Shown: positions 1 through 10,253, counted from the whole stretch's first letter. The stretch is 63,879 nt of DNA, filler included, from Thraustochytrium aureum (GCA_012862495.1; 6 parts of 4 records of this genome joined end to end with filler, not necessarily neighbours in it); one strand, 5' to 3'. Program-made: numbers and translations. Notes: generated from the sequence alone by a model not told the origin.

Positions 1-1536
1 GCAGCTACTCCACTCACGGACTTGAACAAAGCAGGAAGGCGGCCTGCTTACGACTCTGCTCTGCCTGCCGCCTGCCAGCCCCGCTCACCTTGCCGCCCTA
101 TGACCCGCCGCCGCACCACCTTGCGCCTATCTGCGCCGCTCTGCCCGCCAGGCTCACCTTGGCCAGGCAAATAGGTTTTTGCCCCGCCACGGGGGGCCCC
201 GGGTGACGACCGATGCGCAGCCGCGGTGGGGCAGGGGCCTCGTTGTGGCGCGTGTGCGGATCATAAAGGCGCAGGGTATGCGGGGCGCTTTGGCGCAACG
301 GGGGGGCCAACGTGCGCGCGGGCGAACGGGGGCCGCGGCGTTGCGGAAAAGACGAAGATATGCGGGAGCCTGCGCGAGTCCCGTATAGTGTTGAATCGGT
401 TGAAGGTTGCAAAGATATCTATTAAAAACGAGGAGATTGGCCGGCGCTCATGCGTGCTGCGGGGGGTGGTCAACGTTGTGGCTGTTTCAGATTGCGCTGC
501 CGTTCCAACGTGACGTTTCCCGCGGGGGGCACCTCGCGAGTCTCGCCCGTTTGGGAGCGGAACGCAATTTAAACGTGCCAGTAAATAGGTGGGATGGGAA
601 AATCGCTCGCGGTTGTATCCACGCCGCGTGCCGCCCTTCAGGGCGGCCCTCCCTCGTTCGTTACTCGGGTGGTGCGGCTGGATCTGCGACAGCGCCAAAC
701 CGCCGCGGCGGTCTTTGCGCCTGCACGGCTCCTTGCCATTGAATGCGCGGAATCAGAGCCCCTACGACGCCAAGGTGTATGCTGGACCGAGTGCTTCTGA
801 GACTTCAAACTGTGCGAATCACCAGGTCGTGTACAGCCTCACGATGCTGGAGACGCAGGATTTTCCACGGCTCCTACACGGTGTATGACCTGGCCTGAAG
901 GTTTCACTGCGACGTCAGTTGTTCGTGAAGCTCTTCGCGTTCGCTGGCGCTTCCCTCACTGAAAACCGAACCAACGGCGTACCACTCGGCCACTCGGCCA
1001 GTGCGTTTCACGTCGTTCCACATTCTCCCTCCTACCCAGTAGGTAGTACCCATTGGATTTCACCGTTTTTTTGTTTTTCACATCTCAGATCCTCGCGCAT
1101 TGCGCCTCTCTCGCAGGCACGGCAAGCACTAACTTGACACAGCAACAGCACAAGCACAAGCACACGCACGCCCCCTCCACAGCCTCCCTCCTTGCAGAGC
1201 CAGTGCTCGTTACGCACAGGCCTACTCTTGACTCCACTGTGAAAAAAGGCCATTCCCCCTCGACGCACCACCTTTGTGCCGCTCCCTCCCCAAAACAGAC
1301 TCTCGGCAGCACTCGCACCTCATCCCTCGCAGCAAACCAAAGATAATACGTAAAAAAAAGGCAAAGGTAATCTCCCTCTCTCCCTCACTCAACTCCTCCC
1401 TCCCTCCCTTCAGAGAGAGGGCACCTCCCCAAGCCGTTTGTGAGGCGCGCGGCGGTCCCCTCACAGGCGGTAGAGAGAGCGAGCAGGATTCAGCCCAGAT
1501 CCTGGGGCGTACAACTCCTACTCACATACTACTCAC

Positions 1537-1591
1537 ATAGATAGACAGACAGACAGACAGAGAGACAGAGAGCAGAGAGACAGAGAGACAG
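1537..1591. repeat. (AGAC)n/(AG)n microsatellite running into an assembly gap
   Basis: atagatagacagacagacagacagagagacagagagc... directly before the N run. Confidence 0.85.
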
Positions 1592-2026
1592 NNNNNNNNN
1601 NNNNNNNNNNNNNNNNNNNNNNNNNNNNNNNNNNNNNNNNNNNNNNNNNNNNNNNNNNNNNNNNNNNNNNNNNNNNNNNNNNNNNNNNNNNNNNNNNNNN
1701 NNNNNNNNNNNNNNNNNNNNNNNNNNNNNNNNNNNNNNNNNNNNNNNNNNNNNNNNNNNNNNNNNNNNNNNNNNNNNNNNNNNNNNNNNNNNNNNNNNNN
1801 NNNNNNNNNNNNNNNNNNNNNNNNNNNNNNNNNNNNNNNNNNNNNNNNNNNNNNNNNNNNNNNNNNNNNNNNNNNNNNNNNNNNNNNNNNNNNNNNNNNN
1901 NNNNNNNNNNNNNNNNNNNNNNNNNNNNNNNNNNNNNNNNNNNNNNNNNNNNNNNNNNNNNNNNNNNNNNNNNNNNNNNNNNNNNNNNNNNNNNNNNNNN
2001 NNNNNNNNNNNNNNNNNNNNNNNNCT

Positions 2027-3250
2027 GACGCTGCAAGCCTCAAGCGCTCACGGTCCGGCGACGACGACGAGCGCAAACAGCGCCTGATGGAGCGCAAGCG
2101 ACGCAACCGCGAGTCGGCCGAGCGCAGCCGGCAGCGCAAGCTCCAGTTCTACAAGCAGCTCGAGCACGACAACGCCGCGCTCAAGGCCGAGAACGACCGG
2201 CTCAAGACCAAGGTTGACGCGCTGGCCACGGCAAAGACCGCCGCACCCGCTCTGGCTCGCCCCGCCGACGAGGAGTTCACCAAAGAGAACGAGTCTTTGA
2301 AGACTAGAATTGCAAAGCTCGAACTCGAACTCCGCGCCGCACGGGAGCAGCTCAAGGCCAAGCCAGCCGCGGCCACCGTCCCAGCCCCCCTGCCCGCCGC
2401 GCCGCGCAGCGAGTGCGCCTGCGGCGGCTCCGTTTCCAGCCGAGCCCTCAAGCAGCTGAGAAAGAGCGCAAGCGCCGCGCACCAGGTGGACGTCCTTGCT
2501 GACCTGGACGCGATCCTCGACGGCGAGAGCGACGCGCTGGACGCCAAGACAGAGGACAAGTGTGCTTCGAGCGACTCGCTCAACAACCTCCTCGAGGACT
2601 TGATGGCCATGAACGCCATCAAGGAGGAGACCCCCGTTTTCGGTGACGTCGAGCATGAGCTGTTCGGCCTCTCGCTCTTCGCAGGGGACAGCCAAGATGA
2701 CCTGGATATTCATGGAACAGCAGTTTCCGTATGGCCTGCCTCGATGTCGGCTCGAAAGCTCGACACGTTGGCAAAGGCTTTTTTCCGCAGCTGGAATTAT
2801 CTAGGTCGTCGTCCTGTCGCCCTGCCGACGAGCGTTTCCCGTACGGCGGCGCGCTCGCGCGCCCCGCTCATGCCACCCTACACTTGCTTGAAACATTTGC
2901 GCGTGCTTTTGCCTCTCTTTCTGTTGATCCTCTCGCGCCCACGTGTCGTGCATCTTGCGAGCACCGAGACCAACTTGAAGTCCACGTGCGAGGCGCCGCG
3001 CGGTTGCGGGTGCGGCGCCTCGGGCCATCGCTGGCGAGTGTTCCTTTTCACATCATTCTCATGCTTTGCTTTTCATCACTCAATTGAAATTGATCACTCC
3101 AACAAGCTCCTCGCGCAGACCCTGGCTTCGGGCTTCTCTACCAGCGCAGCTCCACAGCTCCGCAACTCCGCTGTCCCTTGCCGCGCATGCACTCTGCAGC
3201 TCGCCGCGCAGAACAGGTTGACCAGAACAAACGCGCCTCCACAAGCCTAG
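2027..3250 (+). CDS. bZIP transcription factor, HAC1/XBP1/bZIP60-like. The 5' end lies in the gap. The unspliced frame ends at 3250; the predicted spliced form ends at TAG 2802-2804
   Basis: Basic region [24 protein letters not shown], then a leucine zipper ([19 protein letters not shown]), a second coiled coil and an acidic/hydrophobic activation-like region ([11 protein letters not shown]...LLEDLMAM). Confidence 0.9.
   Translation, partial: DAASLKRSRSGDDDERKQRLMERKRRNRESAERSRQRKLQFYKQLEHDNAALKAENDRLKTKVDALATAKTAAPALARPADEEFTKENESLKTRIAKLELELRAAREQLKAKPAAATVPAPLPAAPRSECACGGSVSSRALKQLRKSASAAHQVDVLADLDAILDGESDALDAKTEDKCASSDSLNNLLEDLMAMNAIKEETPVFGDVEHELFGLSLFAGDSQDDLDIHGTAVSVWPASMSARKLDTLAKAFFRSWNYLGRRPVALPTSVSRTAARSRAPLMPPYTCLKHLRVLLPLFLLILSRPRVVHLASTETNLKSTCEAPRGCGCGASGHRWRVFLFTSFSCFAFHHSIEIDHSNKLLAQTLASGFSTSAAPQLRNSAVPCRACTLQLAAQNRLTRTNAPPQA
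2721..2787 (+). other. Candidate IRE1-cleaved unconventional intron (67 nt)
   Basis: 5' hairpin ATGGAA-[CAG|CAGT]-TTCCGT (2712-2730); 3' site CCG|CAGC (2785-2791); flanking exons are complementary (2696-2711 with 2794-2810; 2681-2691 with 2814-2825). Confidence 0.7.
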
Positions 3251-4490
3251 TCCTGGTGCGGTGGCGGCAACTCTGCTGCGCCCTCGCAGAGCGCCCAGCG
3301 GCCTGCGCCGCGCTCCTGCGCACGGCCCTCCTTGAGCAGCTTGAGCAAATGTTGGCGCACCGACCGCTTTGCCCCGCGCCGCAGGATCCACGACAAGTGT
3401 TGGTCCGCGTAAATGTGGTCGACGATCTCGTCTTCGGGGCGCGCATCCGTGCAGCCCGCGTGCTTGGCCAAGTACTGAACGATCTGTTCCTCGCGCAGCT
3501 GGCGGTGCGCGAGGTACTCGCGCACGCGCTCTGCGCCGCGCTCGACGACAAGCCCGTGGCCGGGGTAAATGCGACCCGGTCGCGGGGCACGCTGCAGGCC
3601 AGCCTGGGGGGGCCTCCTCCTCTAGTCCCGACTCATCCGCCCCCTCGACGCGGCCGACGGCGGCGGCCGCTTCCAGCTCGCGCAACAAGATGCGCAGGCT
3701 GCCCACGTACTGATGCAGGTCCTCGAAAACAGCTGTCCCCGATCCGAGCACGCAGTCACCGCTAAACACGGCGCCCTCCTCCTCAAGGACCAGAGCGACG
3801 TGGTCGCTCGTGTGGCCTGGCGTCTGCACCGCGCGCAGCGTGGCGCCCGTCTCGGCAATCANNNNNNNNNNNNNNNNNNNNNNNNNNNNNNNNNNNNNNN
3901 NNNNNNNNNNNNNNNNNNNNNNNNNNNNNNNNNNNNNNNNNNNNNNNNNNNNNNNNNNNNNNNNNNNNNNNNNNNNNNNNNNNNNNNNNNNNNNNNNNNN
4001 NNNNNNNNNNNNNNNNNNNNNNNNNNNNNNNNNNNNNNNNGCTTTCGCAGCTGCGGGATGCCGCCGACGTGATCCTCGTGCTCGTGCGTGATCACAATGT
4101 GGCTCAGGGTCGCCTTCTCGTCCGCCAGGACCTGCGTCAGCAACGACACGTATGTCGCGAGCCCGTCCCCCGCGTCCACCAGGATGCGGCGAGGCCCTGT
4201 GCCCACGACGTACGTGTTGGTTCCCTGCATCGTGAACGGGCCCGGATTGAGCGCCAGCACCCGGATCACGCGCTGGGAGACGTGGCTCACCGAGGGCACG
4301 CTGGGGAGCCCCTTGGCCGCACCGCCAAAGTTGGCCACCAAATACGCGAGTCTGTGCCGCCTTCGGCCCGCGCCAGGCAGCAAGAACAGCCGGAGCGCCT
4401 GACGCCGCAGGCTCCAACCGCAAAGTACCCGAGCTGCTGCAGCAGCGCCTTGGCCCAGGCCGCGGCCTGGCTCAGCACGCTCGCCTCCAT
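3247..4490 (-). CDS. LACTB2: LACTB2-like metallo-beta-lactamase-fold protein, copy A (gap and frameshifts)
   Basis: [23 protein letters not shown] (HxHxDH), [16 protein letters not shown], and a C-terminal [13 protein letters not shown] winged-helix segment; split over several frames. Confidence 0.88.
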
Positions 4491-4967
4491 CGCGCGACAG
4501 CGAGCGCGTTGGTCGACGCCAGCCCAGGCCCGATCCACCAAGCCGCGCCCCGACGCAGAGCTGCGCTCGCGGCGCTGCTTCGTCCGTCCGTACTGCAGCT
4601 ACGCAGGGCCGCTCCGTCTGCGGGAGCTTGGAGCTCGCTTTCTGCCCGCGCGGCCCGAGGAGGGCGGGAGAGAGGTGTATCTTTGCAAAAGAGTGGCGTG
4701 GACTTGGTACCTGTCGAGACGTGCCCCGAGCTCGTTGACGTGCCGACTCTGCTCTTCGCGTATGCATCCTGTCGTGCCCGGTCCATGAAGGCAGTCACGC
4801 AGGCCGATGCCCTCGAGCAAGCGTCACGAACAACAAGCTGGGCCGTGGAGGGAACGGGCGCAAGCGGGGACCGAGGCGCGCAAGGGGTGCGAGGAGAGAG
4901 CATGACGGTGGACGCAAGCTACAGAAAAACTGTGGTGGTATTCCAGGGAGGCACCGAACCTCGGGCT

Positions 4968-6058
4968 CTACGGGGTGTTGAAGTTGCTTCGCGAAGCATG
5001 GTCCTTGTCCGCCAGGAGCGACTCAAGCGAGAGCTCGTCGCCGACGCTTTCTTTCCCGCCTTTGCTCGATGCCTGGTCTGCCGCAGCCTGCTTGACGCCC
5101 TGGCCGCTTTTGGCGCCGCCGACGCCTTGCGCCAGGTTGGGCGACAGCTTCTGAGTCTCCAGGTAGCTGTATCGCAAGATGCCGGCCACGCTGATCACGT
5201 AGCCGACGAGCTGCATCGAGTTGACCACCTCGCCATACAGCACGACGCCGGAGAGGACGACGAGCGCGTTGCGGAGCTGCGACAGGACCTTGACCGCGAT
5301 CGAGCTCGTCAGCTTGATCACGCTGCTTGTAAGCATTTGCACGCCAAAGCCGAGCCCCCCGCGACTGCAAACTGCAACGGGTGCTCCACGATCTTGCCGA
5401 GGTCCCCCCGCTCAACGATGGTCTGCCACTCAAACACCACCCCGAGGCCCAGGAGGCAAAAGGCGCCCGCGGGCGCGAGAAAGTACTGCCCTTCCAGCAG
5501 GGAAAACTTGCAGTCCTGAAGTGCAAACTGTGTCAACACCAACCGGATCGCCTCGGTGCAGCTGCTCCCGACGGCGAGCAACAGACCAAACAGCTGTATG
5601 CTCATGTCGCCGGCGGCCGTCAAGCTCGTCCCAAAGCAAGCAACGATCAGCGCGACCCAGATATGGAACGAGACTGTCTTCTTGAGCAGCACGAAGGAAA
5701 ACAGCGTCACCACCATGGGCGTGAACGCCTTGAGGAACTGGATCAGAGCCACGCCCATATACAGGTACTGCGCGTTCCCGAACGCGAGGGTGGCGGCGTG
5801 GCAGGCCCCGACGGGCAAGATGTTCCGCATCCAGAACTTGCGGTCTACCAAATGCGCCTGCTGGAGCTCGAGGTTTCCCGAGAGGTGCAATACGCGAGTC
5901 ACGACCGTGGTAAATATCAGCCCAAGTGAGGAAAGCGTGAACGGGTACGCGAATCCAACACCGTTGGCGTCCATGATGTTCTTGTTCACGAGCATCAGCG
6001 TTGGCCCCACGATCATAAACACCGTGCAGACCGCCACGGTCTTGGCCAGGTCGGCCAT
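4968..6058 (-). CDS. Triose-phosphate/nucleotide-sugar transporter family protein (TPT/SLC35)
   Basis: LMLVNKNIM...FAYPFTL, GNAQYLYMGVALIQFLKAFTP, EAIRLVLTQ, VIKLTSSIAVKVLSQLRN; multiple TM helices; one frameshift near the C-run at about 5355. Confidence 0.88.
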
Positions 6059-7280
6059 CCCGTCTTCACGCCGTCGTTCAGGCGTGCTTTGGGGTTCGCT
6101 GCGAGCGATGCCACCCCGTCTTTTCAGCCCTCCGTCCAGTTTGCCAACAACGTGCGCCAGTACCAACCGTCACAACACGGCCAGCGCGTCCCTCCGCCGC
6201 CTCGACGGCGAGCGAGCTAGCGAGCGAGCCCTGTGCGCTCCCGCACCCGGGCCTGGTTGCGATGGTGGCCGAGTTGAAAGAGCAAGCTGCCGCAGCGTAC
6301 TTCGATGGCTCCTTTGGACGACGGACAGCTCGAGCTAGTGAATCTTGTCACGGAAAAGCTAAAGTCGTGCCGCAAATCGCTGCGAAGAGCGCCGCCGCCT
6401 GCACCCGCGGCGACCACGAATCGTATCCTTGCACAACGAGCAACGGCGTGCTCGTTCGCTGCCTGGACGCGTACTTGAAAGTCAGTACTCCACGCGCCGT
6501 GTGCACTGACGAAGTATCGACTACCTACCTACCTACAACAAGGGTGAAGGGTGGAAGCTCCAGCGAGTTCCTGGCATTGCTGAGCCAGCGATCGCAGGCG
6601 GATGTGGAGCGCTCCTCGTCGAGCCAAGCGCACACCACTCGCCAATTTGTTCGCTTTGCTGGGGCAGGCGCTGGTCCTCTCTACCTCCGAGCTCCGAGTC
6701 TTTACACGCACGCCGTGTAAAAGAAAGCGGCCGCTGTGCACAAAACGAAACACACGGCGCAGCCGGCACTCACAGAAGTGCATGCTGGCTGCAAAAACGC
6801 GCGAGCAGAGCAAGGCTGTCGTTCGAGGCCTGCCCTTCAAGTTGGCAGCTCGAAAGGAAGCTTTGCCCGGCCGAGTTGAGTTGAAGTCCTGGAAGGACGT
6901 GGACGTGCGCCTGCCTCCGTGCAACGATTCCGGCGGATTCTGCCAAGATCGTTGCGGCAAGCTTGGTTGCGGTTTGCCAACTCTCGGCAAGTGCACCCAC
7001 GGCGCGGCAGGATGCTTCCAAATCGTTGTTCCAAGGAGACCAACTCACAGCGAGCGGCCCTGAAGTTGACAAAAAAGAAAACACAGACGGACTCGCCGCC
7101 CTCCACCGCGAGAGTGGCGGAGAAGCTCGACTCGGAGTCCAGTTGTCGTGCAAAATGGCAGACCCCCAACACGCGAAAGCGAAGCCGAGCGCCAGCCTCT
7201 CCGCGGCGAAGAGCAAGCGCGGTGGCAAACGCTCGCTCGCTCTCTCGCTCGCTCGCTCGAGCAGCCGCAGCCCGGTGAAA

Positions 7281-8465
7281 ATGGGCAATAATGGTTCGCG
7301 CGGCACGCCGCTCGACGCTTGGCTGGCGCAGCACGACGAGCCAGTCGTCGACCCCGAGCGGGTCATAGTGGACCCGCACCACCACCTGTTCGACCCAACA
7401 AACGAGCCACGCGGCGACATCTCGGTGGCAGCAAAGCTGGTCGGTTGGATGAGCCCCGCATGGCGCATCCGCACCCTTCGGCTACTCTTGCCAAAGGCCG
7501 GCCTGGACGCCTTCGGGGTGCACTCGCCCGTGGTGGACCGGTTTATGGCCGACACGCTCCAGCATGACTTTGGCGGACACAATGTGGTCAACTCGGTGGT
7601 CGTCGAAGCCCAGTGGGTGGACAAGTCGCGCAAGGCCAAGGAGCTCCAGCAGGTGAGCGAGTCGAAAAAGTACTTTGAGGACTCGCAAAAGGACCCCAAG
7701 GGTTTCCCCCACGCGTGCGTCGGGTTCATCGACCTCACGGTTGGCAAAGAGCGCGCGACGGCCGCGATCAAGGAGCACAAGGCTGCCAACCCGAACCTTC
7801 GCGGCCTGCGGCACCAGCTGGCCTGGCACAGCTCGCCTGCCGTATTTTCGGCTCGGCACGCGCACGCAGAGATGTCGCGGTCCCCCGCGTTCCGCGGCGG
7901 CATCGAAGCCATGCAAGAGGCCGGCCTCTCGTTTGACATTTACGTGTACCACACGCAGCTTGCTGAGGCCGCCGAGCTGGCCGCCGCCTTCCCGGGCATG
8001 CAGTTCATCCTCGACCACGTCGGCACGCCGCTCGGCGTCGGCCCGTACAAGGGCGACAAGGGCCGCGACAAGGCGCGCAAAGAGTGGGAGGCCGGCCTCG
8101 CTCTGGTCGCGCAGCAGCCCAACGTGGTTGTCAAGCTCTCTGGCCTGCTTATGCCGGTCTGCGGGTTTGGGCTCGAGAAGCGCAGCAAGCCGCCCAGCTC
8201 GGACGAGCTCGTCGAGCTCACCGAGACGTACTACCGCTACGTGGTCGAGCTCTTCGGCGTGGACCGCTGCATGTTTGCCAGCAACTTCCCCGTGGACCGC
8301 GTCTCGGCCTCGTACACAGTGCTGTACAACTCGTTCAAAAAGATCTGCGACCGCCTCGAGCTCTCGGAGGAGGACAAAGACAAGCTCTTCCGCCGCAACG
8401 CGCGCCGCGTGTACCGGCTGGACGACGTCAAGGCGCCCGTCTCGGCGGCCGAGGAGGACAATTAG
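7281..8465 (+). CDS. Amidohydrolase_2 family TIM-barrel hydrolase (sugar-lactonase-like)
   Basis: IVDPHHHLFD, GLSFDIYVYHTQL, FILDHVGTP, NVVVKLSGL, FGVDRCMFASNFPVD, NARRVYRL. Confidence 0.9.
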   Translation: MGNNGSRGTPLDAWLAQHDEPVVDPERVIVDPHHHLFDPTNEPRGDISVAAKLVGWMSPAWRIRTLRLLLPKAGLDAFGVHSPVVDRFMADTLQHDFGGHNVVNSVVVEAQWVDKSRKAKELQQVSESKKYFEDSQKDPKGFPHACVGFIDLTVGKERATAAIKEHKAANPNLRGLRHQLAWHSSPAVFSARHAHAEMSRSPAFRGGIEAMQEAGLSFDIYVYHTQLAEAAELAAAFPGMQFILDHVGTPLGVGPYKGDKGRDKARKEWEAGLALVAQQPNVVVKLSGLLMPVCGFGLEKRSKPPSSDELVELTETYYRYVVELFGVDRCMFASNFPVDRVSASYTVLYNSFKKICDRLELSEEDKDKLFRRNARRVYRLDDVKAPVSAAEEDN

Positions 8466-8820
8466 TTGCCGCGCCGGAGCTCTGCGCAGCTGCTTTCTGC
8501 GCGTGGCGAGGGAGCTGCGCGCGCTCGAGGCCCAGGGGCGGCGTTTGCTTTTGACTACCTACAACCTTCTTCTCAACCTCCAAGTCTGCTTTGCTTTGCT
8601 TTGCTTTGTTTCCATGTTGTCGAGCGCAAGGCCGCCTCGCTCAGCTCGCCCCGGTGCGTGGAGCCCCGGCCTGGCCCGCTCCGCGACCGTTCTTGCGCGA
8701 CTTTTTTTCGGGCCATGCCCGAAGCCAGAAGGGTCGGAATCGGGTCGACCTTGCCGCGCACGGAGGCCGCGCTCAGAGCGCTTCCCTCCGCGCGGCGCGC
8801 GCGAGTGCGGCCGAGCAGCG

Positions 8821-8891
8821 CTCTCTTCCCCCGGCGCGCAGCAGCAGAGCAGGCGGCCTCTCCCCCCGGCGCGCAGCAGCAGAGCAGGCGG
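8821..8891. repeat. Tandem duplication of about 36 bp
   Basis: ctct(c)..cccccggcgcgcagcagcagagcaggcgg occurs twice just upstream of the second LACTB2-like start. Confidence 0.8.
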
Positions 8892-8917
8892 TCGCGGGCG
8901 GGCTGCCGGCGGCGCTG

Positions 8918-9874
8918 ATGTCGAGCCTTACGGCGCACCTGCGGCTGGGCAAGCAGGCCCTGGAGGCCGTGGAGGACTTTACGGTGCTGAGCCCGGTCGT
9001 GACGCGCGTGATGGGCTGCAACCCGGGCCCGTACACGCTCGGAGGGACGAACACGTACTTGATTGGGAGCGGGCCGCGGAGGATCCTGTTCGACACGGGC
9101 GAGGGCAAGCCCGAGTACCTCGGCAACCTCGAGCGAGCCATGACAGCGGTAGGTTGCGCCGCGCTGCAGGCTATCGTGGTGTCGCACTGGCACTTTGATC
9201 ACCTCGGCGGCGTCCCCTCGGTGATCCAGCGCTTTGGCGCAGACATCCCCGTTCTCAAGTACATACCCGAGGTGCTCGAGGCCGCGTACGGCGGCGAAGG
9301 CGCCAAAACCCCCTACGAGATCTGGCCCAAAGAGCGGTTTCAGGCCGTCTGCCACGGTGACGTGCTGCGCACGGAAGGGGCCACGCTCAAGCTGCTGCAC
9401 ACCCCAGGGCATGCCAACGACCACGTCGTGGCGGTGCTCGAGGAAGAGGGCGCGATGTTTTCGGCCGACAATGTGCTTGGCACGGGGACCGGGGTGTTTC
9501 GCGACTTTACGCAGTACATCGCGTCGCTGCAAGCCATGCGGGACTGCCGTCCCGGGCGCTTGTACCCCGCGCACGGGCCTGTGATTGAGGAGGGCGTCGA
9601 GCGCATCGACGAGTATGTCGCCCACCGTATGGAGCGCGTGCGCCAAGTGGAGGCCGCCCTTGCCGCGGCCGAGGGCGGCCGGGCTACGGTGGAGGCGATC
9701 ACGCGCCACGTGTACCCGGCCGACCTGCCAGAGCAGCTGTTCGCGCCTGCGATGAAGAACACGCTCAACGTGCTCGAGTACCTGGAGACGCTGGAGGTGG
9801 TGCAGAACGACGAGGGGGCCGGCGCGGAGCGGCGCTTCCGGCTCTGCGGGGCCCCGCGGGCGTCGCCCATGTAG
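8918..9874 (+). CDS. LACTB2: LACTB2-like metallo-beta-lactamase-fold protein, copy B
   Basis: NPGPYTLGGTNTYLIG, SHWHFDHLGG, HTPGHANDH, FSADNVLG, LYPAHGP, EYVAHRMERVRQV; intact ORF. Confidence 0.92.
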   Translation: MSSLTAHLRLGKQALEAVEDFTVLSPVVTRVMGCNPGPYTLGGTNTYLIGSGPRRILFDTGEGKPEYLGNLERAMTAVGCAALQAIVVSHWHFDHLGGVPSVIQRFGADIPVLKYIPEVLEAAYGGEGAKTPYEIWPKERFQAVCHGDVLRTEGATLKLLHTPGHANDHVVAVLEEEGAMFSADNVLGTGTGVFRDFTQYIASLQAMRDCRPGRLYPAHGPVIEEGVERIDEYVAHRMERVRQVEAALAAAEGGRATVEAITRHVYPADLPEQLFAPAMKNTLNVLEYLETLEVVQNDEGAGAERRFRLCGAPRASPM

Positions 9875-10033
9875 CTTGGAGCGCGGGTCTCCGAGAAGGG
9901 ACCAGAGCAGCAAGATGTGGCTTGGAGCGTGGCAAGGGCCAGAGCAGCAAGATGTGGCTTGGAGCGTGGCAAGGGCCAGAGCAGCAAGATGTGGCTTGGA
10001 GCGTGGCTCTCCGACAAGGGCCAGAGCGCCAAG
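9869..10033. repeat. 37-bp minisatellite (about 4 units)
   Basis: cagagcagcaagatgtggcttggagcgtggcaagggc at 9903, 9940 and 9977, plus degenerate flanking copies. Confidence 0.9.
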
Positions 10034-10253
10034 CAGGTCGCCAGCCCAAACGAACAAAGTTATTAGAGTGTTGGATAGTTGGTAACGTAATTCCGCGGTG
10101 AATGAGTGTTCAGACAAAATACGCGCGCAGCCATCTCTGTGCGCGCGCGGAAGACAGAGGGGTGAAAAGGGACAGCAACGCGGCGACTGATCGCCGCCCG
10201 CGCGGTGGCGACTGATCGCCCGCTCGGAGGGCGACGACTGATCGCCCGCTCAT

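Noticed and set aside
2723..2790. Ordinary GT-AG intron in the bZIP gene (GTATGG at 2729 ... TTTTTTCCGCAG at 2790)
   Set aside because: Disfavoured but not excluded. It lacks the GTRAG-type donor and CTGAC branch point of the other introns here, and it would not explain the CNGCAG hairpin or the long exon-exon helix.
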